From Camelus dromedarius (lineage: Eukaryota), in assembly GCF_036321535.1 (NCBI RefSeq), contig NC_087472.1:95668001-95732000 (forward strand): 64,000 nucleotides of DNA. The letters run 5' to 3'. Each line of letters starts with the position of its first letter. The stretch's first letter is position 1. The translations under genes and the position numbers were made by a program. This document shows positions 53,170 to 64,000 of the stretch, one piece after another. The notes below the pieces were generated by a model. It was not told the origin of the DNA, ran no database searches, and saw only the letters and a list, made by a program, of their open reading frames with translations.

Positions 53170-53830
53170 CATGTATTGGCTTATTCACTCATCTATTCTA
53201 CAACTCTTCATGAGTACTCATTCTTAGCCAAGCACCAGGGAAACAAATGTGAGTAAGACAAAGTCTGACTTAGTCATGAGCTAAGCTAGGTGATAGGGAG
53301 TTGAAGAACCCTTAAATAGCTAGTTCTGCTGTGATGAGTACAATGCAAGGTATGTGCCTGAGGCATTGTGGGAGCATAAAGGAGGAACTAACTCAGGCTG
53401 AGTGGAGGAGTGGTTCTGAGAAGGTTCTTCTTGGGGGAGGGAAACCATCAACGGATCTGAAGGGAAGACTTAGTCAAAGAATTGGGGAAGATATTCCAGT
53501 CAGAAGCCACAGCCCAAGCAAAGCCCCAGAAGCAGGAAACAAGATGATATCAGTAAGAACTCTATCCAGGACAGTGGTGGTACAAGGCAGAAAATGGTAA
53601 GGGATAAGGCAAAGGAAGCAGGCAAATGAAGGAGGCCTAGAAAGCTATGCTGTAGAGTATGGTCTTAGAAACAAGGGAGAAAAATACAGCCATTTGCATT
53701 TTAGATAGACTCTCTGGCAGGTATTAGAAAAAGAAAGCACTGTAGGCAGGGAAATAGGAAGAGGGTGTTGCAAAACTCCAACAGCTGCACAACCCACGTG
53801 GATTAAACATCTGGAGAGAAGGATGCAGAA
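53170..53830 (-). mobile_element. L2 fragment
   Basis: attcactcatctattc...gaagatattccag...atttgcattttagatagactctctggc. Confidence 0.7.
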
Positions 53831-53973
53831 GGAAGGCAACTGGGCTTCTGATGTCCCTGAATACAGGGAACCCCAAATCAGCAAGTATTCACAGCAGAGC
53901 AATCTGGGAATGGCCACCAAAGCTGGGAAGGGATTCTGCTTAATTTGTGAATGAGTGTCTTCATTGAGGGGAC

Positions 53974-54100
53974 TTTTTTTTAACTTTTTCTTTTTTTTAT
54001 TTTTAATTTAATTTTTTTCCCTTGATGGAGGCACTGGGGATTGATCCCAAGACCTCATGCACGCCAAACATGTGCTCTACCACTGAGCTATATCCCTCTA
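53974..54100 (-). mobile_element. Camelid tRNA-Ala-derived SINE (older copy)
   Basis: atggaggcactggggattgatccc...gctctaccactgagctatatccc; degenerate TSD cattgaggggac/catcaaggggat. Confidence 0.88.
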
Positions 54101-54109
54101 ACACCATCA

Positions 54110-55400
54110 AGGGGATCTTAATGCAATAAGATACGATGGGGCTGAAGTAGTCTGGACCCTAAACACATCCAAACTAACAAAGCAAATCGCCCTCCCAAGA
54201 CAAAATCCCACAATGATGATAAAACGGTGAGAGGAAAAATCCAAGTTAAGCCAGACTGAGACAATATGGACACCTTTGATGATGAGGTCAGGTAAAAGTG
54301 AAGGAGCGGAGGAGAGAGGCAGATCCTGGAAAGTGTGGGTCATTTTCTTTACCACTTTGAAAAAGCCCGAGAAGATCTGTGAGGCCAGAAAAGCTACCTG
54401 GTCCTCCCCTCCTTTCTAAAAGCACAGGAGAACTCATTCACAACTGACTCTCTACGAGTTACTGTGACAAAAAAGAAGAAAAAGGAATAGACTAGCATTC
54501 CCACAAAGAAAGCAATCCAGAAAGTCATGCCTACAAAACTGATTAAAAACCGCAACCTGATATTTCAATGTAAGCTAAAAATACTGAGAAAATGATGACA
54601 GCTATGAAAGAACAGCATAAATCCTAACTAGGAAAACTCCAAAATAAGGAGGTTGGAGAAAAGGAAAATTTGAAAATTTTCTTGAAAACACAATTTATCA
54701 TACTATGTGGGGTACAACTAAAACCTTTATAAAAGGAAAACACATGCAAAACCACCTATGAAGTTTCCCCAAAAAATCAAATATAAATCTGATGGAGCCT
54801 CCTGATCTACCAATTTACAGGAAATCCAGAGAACAAAAGAGCACATTAAATGACATTACAGGGGTTCAGGCAGCAAATTCAGATAAATAACAGGATTAAT
54901 AATCAATTTCTTTGATAAATGAGAGGTGGGAAAGGAGGGGTGGGCAAAGAGAGAAAGAGAAAGAAGTGAAAACCAGTAGATTAAAAGAGACTTAAGAGAC
55001 ATATCAGCCAATCAAAATGTATGACCCTTAATTGAATCCAAATGCAAAGAAAGTATATGAACTATTTTAAAAAGAGATAAGACAATCATATAAATGAGAA
55101 TGACTAGATACTTGATGGTATTAAGGAATTATTGTCAATATTTAGTTATGATGATGGTATGGTGGTTTTGAAGTCCTTCTCTTTTTAAAATGCATCCTAA
55201 AATTTTTATAGATGAAATTATATGTTATTTGGGATTTTCTTCAAAATAATCTGGGGGGGAGGGGTAGATGAGGCTCTATATTAAACAAGATTGACCATGG
55301 GTTGATAATTATTGAAGATTAATCCCTCATAGCAATGTCTCTAGTTCTGTACATGTTTTTTAAATTCCATTAAAAAGTTCCATAGTGAAAGGATTTTTTT
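54110..55400 (+). mobile_element. HAL1/L1MC-type old LINE fragments
   Basis: L1MC 3' UTR: gattaaaagagacttaagagacatatcagccaa, gatggtattaaggaattattg, ttcaaaataatctgggg. Confidence 0.65.
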
Positions 55401-57269
55401 AAATGACCTCGAAAAACAATATATTACAGCAAATTAGCCACTTACACCAAAGAGCAAATTCATTCATTGGGTTATTTAAAGTCACAGAGCCAGGCTCTTA
55501 GACTGGGAAAATGAACAAGTGTTCAGTGGGGCAAGAAATTTCCGAAAAAGAAAAAGAAATTCCCAAGTACTGAGAGAACTGGCCAAGACCAGACCTAGGT
55601 AAGCTGCCACAGTGGTGATTCTGGGCACCCAGCTTGCAAAGTAAGGAGAAAGCTCCAAAGAGGAGGAGGAAGAAAACACAGGAGGGCCACTTTCAATATT
55701 TCACCTGTGTATAACAACACTCCTCTGCTGATATCCTTCTTGAGCCAAAATACTCTTATCTCTTGTGTTTTCAGACATCTTCACAGAAGTCCCTGGGATG
55801 GAAAACAGTAACCTCACACTTGTTCAGTAAATCTTCAGGATGTATTTAAATGACCAACATTGAACATAACTCGATGGAAACATCTCTGCTACAGATGTCT
55901 AGTGATCAGAAATGTTTGTCCTGTATTCATTAAGTATCTTGCCTTGAGGTTTGAAAAAGCCAAGGAAATGCTGATCAAAGCATGACTTTTCCACAGTACA
56001 TTGAAAGGTCTTCTCAGTTCTCATTTTGGGGTATTTACTTAGCAACCCTTACACTTCAAGTTCTCCATTTATAAATAGGAAACAAATCTCTATCACATCA
56101 TAACTTGATGAAGATGAATAAACTGTGTCAAGCATGGTCTTTGCATCCATATATAAATACTAAAATAAGTAAACTGGCCTTACTCTACTTTAAGCAGTAG
56201 CCAACATCTCGATAAAACTGGATTCTAGTTTCTACTGATCTGAACTAAGATGTCTCAGAGCTTCTGAACTTATGCCCATTCCTTTCTTTAATTTTACTCT
56301 TGAGTACCCTGTCAAAGTAAGTTACATTAGATACTTATGTGCTCCAAAATGCGTGCTTAAGTTTCTCTTTGTCTTGAACTCCTTCATCAACTTTGTTCTT
56401 AAAGCATCATTTAAACAACTTAACTATGGCCCACAGATGTAGTAAATTTAACAAGCCTTTAAAATGTCACAGTCCTGAAGGCTTCCTAACAAGACAAAAC
56501 AGATGAACTGACAACCACCATGAATACCCGTGGCAAATCTTCCTGCCAACCAGGACTAAAGTTGAAACCCTCTGGGATTTTTTGCTTCCAGTTTGATCTG
56601 ATCCCAGAACCATTTTAACATTATATCTGTAAAAAACAACATGGAAATGGGTAGAGATTTGCAACCTGAGCTGCTCAAAAATATTGGTGATGCTTTGGTT
56701 TTGCCACCAAGACAGCTCACACCAGCTTATAAGTACCAACTTCCTGTGACCGGAACTAGCATCTGATTCTCTTCCACTTACACCATCACCCTTACTCCGT
56801 TTCCACTCAGTACTTCACGAGCTATCAAAAATAACATGAAAGATAATATGAGTGTAGTAGGGAGATGCAGTGTACAAAAGACTGACGGCAATGCCAAGAA
56901 ACCTGAAGGAGAAAGGGGCAGTTAATGACAATTCACGGTGAGTTTTAGAAGTAGACACTCAGGAAAAACAAAAAGTAGACACTTGGAAATAACCAAAGTG
57001 TATCTCTGCAACATGGACCCTGACTGGCAATATTCAGTTTGATCCAATTCCTCAAGCATGCATTGAGCATCTACTATAGGTAGCACACTAGGTGGCACTA
57101 TGAGGAAAGGAGTGGGTGGTACCCAAGTCTGTGCTGAATTTCAACTGTGAGCCAAGCTGGGAACTCACAGCCTAGCGCAGTGAGGGGAAGTGAATAGAAA
57201 ATAATAATACTGTATGATAAGCACAAAGGCAGCCCACATAAAAAAGACCCTGATGTTCTAGAAAGGCCA

Positions 57270-57490
57270 CCAAAATGAAAACAAATATTCCCATCAATAG
57301 CTGGGAAAATTTGAATATGGTCTATAGATTAGATAATAGTGTTTTATGATTGTTAAATTTCCTGAAGGGGGTGGGGGTTGCTACATTGTGCTTCTGGAGG
57401 AGAATATCCTTATTCTTACGGTGATATATCTAGGGGTAAAATGTCATGATCTCTGCAACAATCCCTCAAATGGTTCAGTATAAAATAATG
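57270..57490 (+). mobile_element. L1ME 3' UTR fragment
   Basis: gaaaatttgaatatggtctatagattagataatagt...tgttaaatttcctga. Confidence 0.65.
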
Positions 57491-58111
57491 CCTGAGTGTG
57501 TAGAAGGTGGGATGGGGAGAGAAACATAAAGAAGAAAAAGTCCCCAATCTAGTCCTGAATATGAAATCTAAAACTATACTTTGCCCAGCTCTGCTGCTAG
57601 CATGTTGAAAGGAAGTGATTTTACATTCTGTTCTATAAAACAGAAATAATGAGCTCACTTCCAAAGATATATAGGGGAGAAGACCTTATCACCAAACTGA
57701 AGGAGAGAATCACTTCCCAGCTGTGGATTCCACAAAAGAAACTCCCCAAAGGCCAATCTGCACATGAGAAGGGATTCTCTGGCCGGAGAGTGGGAAGCAA
57801 AGACACCTGGTCATGATCATCTCAATGGGCTATGAATTTGGCCTCATCCACATCTTTTCTCATCTCTTTTAGCAACCAGACACCAAGACTGTAATCAGAC
57901 AGAGGCCTCAGCATAAAGCTCTACCATAATCATGGAGACGGGGAGCAATTTCCCAGCCATTCCAACTCATACTGCAGACCTCACTGGAAAGTCTGAGTTG
58001 TACAGCACAATTAGCAGCTATGGGAACAATCAAACTGATACTCGACATTTCTATAAATTGGGAAGCCCCACAACCTAGTGCCAGCCATCCCACTTAGTAG
58101 TAATAATGATC

Positions 58112-59040
58112 ATTTTTAACATCTTTACTGAGATCTAATTCACGTCATACAATTCACCCAAAGTGTGTAATTTAGTGTGTTTACTATAATCACAAGTTTA
58201 TTCGACTATAGCCACAATTTAACTTTACATCATTTTTATCCCCTTGAAATAAAACCCACTAGCAGTCACTCACCTCCAGACCCATCCCCCACCAGTCCCA
58301 GGCAGCCACACATCTAGTTTTTGTCTCTATAGATTTAACTACTTTGGATTTTTCATATAAATAAAATCATACAATATGCAGCCTTCTGTGATTGGTTTCT
58401 TTCACTGTGGATGTTTTTAAGGTTTATGCATGTTGTAACATGTATTAGCACCATACTGCTTTTAACTGCTGAATAATATTCCATTATATAGCTAGGCCAC
58501 ATTTTCTTTATCCATTCATCAGCTAACAGACATTCGGGTTGTTTTTAGTTTTTGGCTATTGTGAATAATGCTGCTCTAACATTGCATGTACAAGTTTTTG
58601 TGTGAATGTGTGTTTTTATTTCTCTTGGGTATATGGTTAGGAGTGGAACTGGTAACTTTATGTTTAACCTTCTTAGGAACTGGCAAACTGTTTTCCGAAG
58701 AAGCTATACCATTTTACACTCCCACCAGCAATGTATGAGCGCCCCAATGTCTCCACATCCTCTCCAGCACTCATTATCTGTCTTTTTGATGAAAACTATC
58801 CTAGTGAGAGGGAAGTAGTATCTCACTGTGCTTTTGATTTGCATTTCCCTGATGACTGATCATCCTGATGACCTGATGAATGAATATCCAGCTGGGTGCT
58901 TTTTGGATATTTGTGTACTCTGGTTGGAGAAATGTCTAGTCAAATCCTTTGCCCCTTTGTAAAGTGTGGAATTGGATTATGTATTTTTATTATTGAGTTG
59001 TAAGATTTCTTTATATATTCTGGATACAAGTCCCTAATGA
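58112..59040 (-). mobile_element. L1MB-type 3' end
   Basis: Antisense L1: catacaattcaccc, gctgaataatattccatt, taccattttacactcccaccagcaatgtatgag, ttgatttgcatttccctgatg. Confidence 0.9.
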
Positions 59041-59064
59041 GATTTATAATTATAATTTAAGATA

Positions 59065-59290
59065 ATATTTACTGAGAACCTACCCTATGTTAAGCACTAC
59101 ACTAATTGCTTCCCAATTATTATCTCATTCAGTCCTCACAACAAATTTATGAGACGAGGTACATTAATTATCATTCCTCTTAAGGGATGAGAATGAGAAA
59201 ACTGAGGTCCAGACACCCAAGCTTACACCATTAGTAAGGGTTAAGCCAGAATCTGATTCCAGCAATCAGGTGCCAGGACCCACACTATAC
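59065..59290 (-). mobile_element. MIR SINE
   Basis: atctcattcagtcctcacaac...atgagaaaactgaggtccaga. Confidence 0.7.
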
Positions 59291-60243
59291 TCACGACCAT
59301 GTAGGTTGACATACATAGGCTTCTCTTTTGCATCGAGAGGAATCTGGCCAATAAAGCTTATTTTCTACTTATTTCACTGGATGTTATGAGAATGTGGTAG
59401 ACAAGGGTCCCTGAAGGAACAGGATTTCATTAAGATAAATATTTTAGGGCAAAATTCCCTAATGTATGTTCTGTATCATTTTAGCCCTGGGAGTAACTCC
59501 TTGAACAGTGTTTGAGAACAAATAGCCAAGGAAATGCTTCATGTTCCACTGCTCTCTGGAAGACTCATAATACATCTTAGTACATCAGAGTCTAGGAGCA
59601 TTACTGCAATCGAGAAATGTATTAACTTTTTAAGTGATCATGCACTTGCAAAACCTGTCTACCCCCAAAATCCCAAACTGCCAGAATATATTTTAGAAAA
59701 TACCTGAAGTAAAGGTTACATACAGTCCGCAGGAGGAGGCTAGGCAATCACTCTGTGTTTGTAAAATATATAATCTCCCATGCTATTTTATGCCCTAAAG
59801 CTTCAGGGATCGAACACAGGCAAGCTCAAGCCAAGACCTTGACCTGCTTTCCACTTTTCTCAGCCTTGTTTTAAATGCATAAGATCAACATCTTAAAAGG
59901 TGAAAAACAAAGTCTGTCATTGCTCAGGTAGCTATTGTCTACATCTGTATCTAAATTTTACATCTCTGGCCCATCAGTGCAGAACAAACCTCCTCGCATT
60001 GTTAGTTATTTTTATTGTAAGTATCCAGTTTTCCATTTCCTTCCCTGTCATTGCTTTTCTGTGGATGAGAACCATTTGTGTCATTCAAAATGTGCTCACT
60101 TATCCATCTCAGACATTGTTTCAGAGTGGCAGACGTGTTCCCTAACTCATAAGTGGATTATATCTGGAAGCTGAGGACCAAGAAATGTACATATATGCTG
60201 TGTGAACTGGACAGTAAACAAAATCAGATATCTGTATTCTTAA

Positions 60244-60364
60244 TATTTTTTGGTTTTTTGGGGGGAGGTAATTAGGTTTGTTTGTTTGTTTTAATGGAAG
60301 TACTGTGGATTGAACCTATTACCTCATGCATGCTAAGCATGTGCTCTGAGCTATACCCTCCTCC
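60244..60364 (-). mobile_element. Camelid tRNA-Ala-derived SINE
   Basis: ggggggaggtaattagg tail motif, antisense head; 12-bp TSD ctgtattcttaa (60232-60243, 60365-60376). Confidence 0.92.
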
Positions 60365-60599
60365 CTGTATTCTTAAGTTTTAAAACAAGTGAGAGAACAG
60401 GATATGAAGACATGTAGTCTCTAAGAAGAATACTGCTATCACAGTTTCTATCCCATACTGTTGTAAAGTTCATCATTTGAGACAACTGGTACTTCTTGAT
60501 GTAGCTGTTTTAGAATTATCAATTTAGGAATAATGCTGACCTTGATGCACTGACAGTGATTAACGGTGCAGGTTCTTACATTTAGACTATTCAGGCTGT

Positions 60600-61075
60600 T
60601 TATCAGTTAGTTTGTCCTCCATAACACACTACACCAAACTCGGTGGCTTAAAAAAAAATCACTTATTCTTACTCACCCAACACTGACTACAGCAGAGCTG
60701 GAATGGCTCTGCTGATCTAGGCTGGGTTCTGCTGGGCTTGGCTTCACGCTGTTGGTGGGGTCTAGGTCTGCTCAACATGTCTCTCTTTCTCTTTGGATCA
60801 GTGGGTTAACTGGTGCATGTTCTTCTCACGATAGTAGTAGAAATGCCAGAGGACAAATCCAATCACATAAGCACGCTTCAAGACTCTGCTGGCATCATTT
60901 CTGCTAATATCCCAATGAGCAACTTAAGTCTATGGCCAAGCTCAAAGGTAACAAGTGGTAAAGTACACTCCACCCACCAGGAGACCCAACAAGTTACATA
61001 GCCAAGCCCAACGTCAGTGTGACGGACAAGTATACTCCTGCCCTGGAGCTGTGAGCAATCAACCAATCTTTCACA
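60600..61075 (-). mobile_element. MLT1 (G/H-type) LTR
   Basis: ccaaactcggtggcttaaaa...ggctctgctgatctaggctggg...ttacatagccaagccca. Confidence 0.75.
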
Positions 61076-61079
61076 GGCT

Positions 61080-61260
61080 CCAATCTTGGTTTTGCCACTT
61101 CTCAGACATGTGGCCTTAGAAAAGTAACTTAACCACTCTGTTCCTCAGTTTCACCTTCTGTAATATGGAGATAAGATAGTGCTTACATTGAAGAGTTGTT
61201 GTGACGTGTGAATGAGGAAATGCACGTAAAGTGTTGGCAATCATTATTCAATTATCTATC
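61080..61260 (+). mobile_element. MIR SINE
   Basis: cttaaccactctgttcctcagtttcaccttctgtaatatggagataa. Confidence 0.8.
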
Positions 61261-62468
61261 ACCACCATTGGCAGTTGCAAGAATGGTCTAAATATTATAG
61301 AGACTTTATTTTTCCTTAGAAAGTGAAACAAGGGTTCCCTAATCATCAGATGTAAATACCATAGCATTTTTAAAATGGCCAAACTCCTTTTCAATATAGA
61401 AAATGTCTACATTAATACAATGGAAAATCAGAGAGATAAAGCTGATTGGAAACTCTGACCCAATGCTTTTACGACAACTATCTAGAAAAAAATGAAAAAA
61501 AAATGCCTTAGTTATCTGAATATGTTATATAAAATCTTATCTACTTTTTCTAACCCTAATTGTGGAGATCTAAATGACCAAGATCACTGATATACCCATA
61601 TCATTTTGTATAAATTTGAAAAAATTTGGGGGGGAGGTGGCACTATATTTTCATTACAACAAACAAGTATTATAAGAAAAAACGTTTTAGGACTATTAAA
61701 TAAACCTTTATCTAGGAGTTTTGCCAAAAGCAGAAGAGTTAGCAACACAGTACCCTACACAGAAAGAAACCTATTGTGGTCTGTTTTTTCATAACTCAGT
61801 TGTAAACGTAATTCAGCCCAAACACATCAACTTCTCTGAGAAACTGACTTAAAACTGAATCATCTTCCAGAGTATACCTTCTACCCATTTGACTCCTACC
61901 CAAACGGCTTGAATTCTGAACCCTGCTTCCTCCTCAGGACTTCTGAAGACCTTCCTATCATTCCCACTGATTCGACACTCACCTACTGCTTGGAATGGTG
62001 TGACAAGCTTTTTTCTAGGTACTATAAACATGGCTCATTCCCCAATATAAATGGAATCAAGTCAAAGGCTTATGTCTCTTCAAACTAACTGACCTAAGGA
62101 TTTAGCCCAGTAACTTGGGCACAGAGGGCATTTCATAAGTATTTGACTAATTAAACCAGTTGTCTACATAATGACTCATTCCTTCAGTCTACAACAGATA
62201 TACAAGCAATATCCAGAGAATTTTTATTAATGACTAGAAAAACATCATGTTTGTGTAAATAGGTGAAAGCCATCTGCATCTTCCTTACAGATAGTATGAG
62301 CTGTACTTTCAGTTCTCTTTCTCATATTTAGCTGTAGGGTCAAGTAGAAATTAAACCTATTTAGACTAGTCTAATTCAGCTACAAGTATATAAATATATC
62401 AGTAAAGAATCTCCACAGAAGCCCTATGATGAATCAAAACATGAAGAGCATCCTTGATTCTGAAATTA

Positions 62469-62470
<2 letters not shown>

Positions 62471-62510
<40 letters not shown>
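62471..62510. repeat. (CA)20 microsatellite
   Basis: Perfect AC run. Confidence 0.97.
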
Positions 62511-62512
<2 letters not shown>

Positions 62513-62744
62513 GCTTAATCACCAAGGTCTGTTAATCCAGTCTCCTAAATATTTCTTGAATTCTCAACATCTCTCTCTCTCTCTCGCCACGATCCATTAC
62601 TGCTGCTCTTTTAGATTACTGCAACTGTCACCTTCCTCTTCTTGCTGAGTGTTTGCCATGTTCCAGTCCATTCTCCAAAATTCAAATTCAATTATGACAG
62701 ATCAGGAAAACAATGACCAAAACAATTATAGCTTTTCCCATCAA

Positions 62745-63135
62745 GTAGTAGAATTGATTTCTCTTCGCCTTGAATATGAGCACCGTCAATGACTTGCTTT
62801 GGCCGATGGGACATTAATAAACAGGACATGGGCAGAGGTTTCAAAAATGCTCACCCATTGGCACTTGCCTTCTCTTATTGGTGGGAACCCTTCAGCCACC
62901 ATGAGAACAAGCCTGAGACAGCCTACTGGAGGATGAGACCGTGGGCGAGAGATTCCAGCCATCTCACCTGAGGTCCCAGATATAAGAAGCCTTCCTAAAC
63001 CATCCGGCCTCAGCTGAGCTGAACTAGACCAAAGAATAACCCAGCTTACCTACAGATTCATGATAAATATTAAAAGGCTGATGTCTTAAGCCACTAAGTT
63101 TTGAGGCAGTCTGTTAGACAGCCAAAGTTAATTGA
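62745..63135 (+). mobile_element. MLT1 (G/H-type) LTR
   Basis: tgacttgctttggccgatggg...gccaccatgagaacaagcctg...taagccactaagttttgagg. Confidence 0.8.
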
Positions 63136-64000
63136 TCCTTTTGCCCCCTTGCTTAAAATCCGAGAAAAGATTCCCTCAAGAACAAGCCCAAACACCTTAA
63201 CTTACTAAAATGTGGCCCTTCACAACTGAGTACCAGCTAAACTCTATAGTCTCATCTCTCACCACACCTTCTCCTCCCCTCCCAGCTTTTGCCATGTAAT
63301 TAACATTTTTAAACCCTTAAAACCCTACCTAATAATAAATCAGTTTCATTTATGTCCCTGGCTAAGCCCCCATTATTCTCAGAGTTCTTCCTGGTCCTGG
63401 TAAATAGCCATTTCTTGTTGATTTTAATTTATTAAACACACACCACTCAATTTTCAGTGCCCTGTAGGAGGTTCTTTCACTGTGTAATAAAAAGTTGCTG
63501 CTGTTTATTCATATTTTAATGATACTGTGAATACAATGGTGCATATTCTGACTCCTATTCTTAGAGAAAGATCTCTGTTGGATTCTCACTGCCATTCATT
63601 TTTCTATTTATTGTCGGACTTCGTTATTATGATAATTCCAGATACATCAAAATAATATCATCATGGGCCAGTTGCTTTGTTCAAAAACGAGCCACCTTGT
63701 CAATTTGTTTCCTCTTATTTTCAGTAACAGAGCTTACAGCCGGATTAATGTTTTAATTAAGCGCCACATGTATTTGTAGCTCCCTATAGAAAGACAGTAG
63801 TCCTCAAAATACTGAACTTATCACTCTTCTCCAGCTGCTCTAAGCTAATCCACCATCCTTTGGTTAAAAGTAGGCATATTCCTTCAGGTCAACACACATA
63901 TGCTCTATATATATATATTTTTATTTTCCACACACATATATAGAAAAGGTCAACATTCACATTGATTTGATAGTTACCTGGTTAGCCTGGTAAATGTATA

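Overview
Non-coding mammalian genomic DNA, most likely camelid (alpaca/llama/camel), judged from six tRNA-Ala-derived SINEs of the vic-1 type and young lineage-type L1s. I recognise no protein-coding gene. Much of the window is interspersed repeats: old L1M, L2, MIR and CR1; MLT1/LTR40 LTRs; MER5, MER20, MER63 and MER91 hAT MITEs; and several young L1 insertions with clear target-site duplications (TSDs). These are separated by TE-poor stretches that look like conserved enhancers (about 32-38 kb and 42.7-43.1 kb). The long ORFs in the track are L1 ORF2 remnants or microsatellite artefacts. The best-supported observations are a tailless 5S rRNA retropseudogene with a 21-bp TSD (51321-51398), a twin-primed 5'-inverted L1 with a templated junction filler (11473-12636), a young L1 whose ORF2 C-terminus has a single stop (24129-25678), a micro-L1 nested in another L1, and a 412-bp purine-only tract. 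L1 strand bias and several splice-site pairs hint that the window lies in an intron of an unidentified minus-strand gene (speculative). I found no clearly novel biological system. Repeat subfamily names come from remembered consensus motifs rather than a database search, and boundaries of old elements are approximate.
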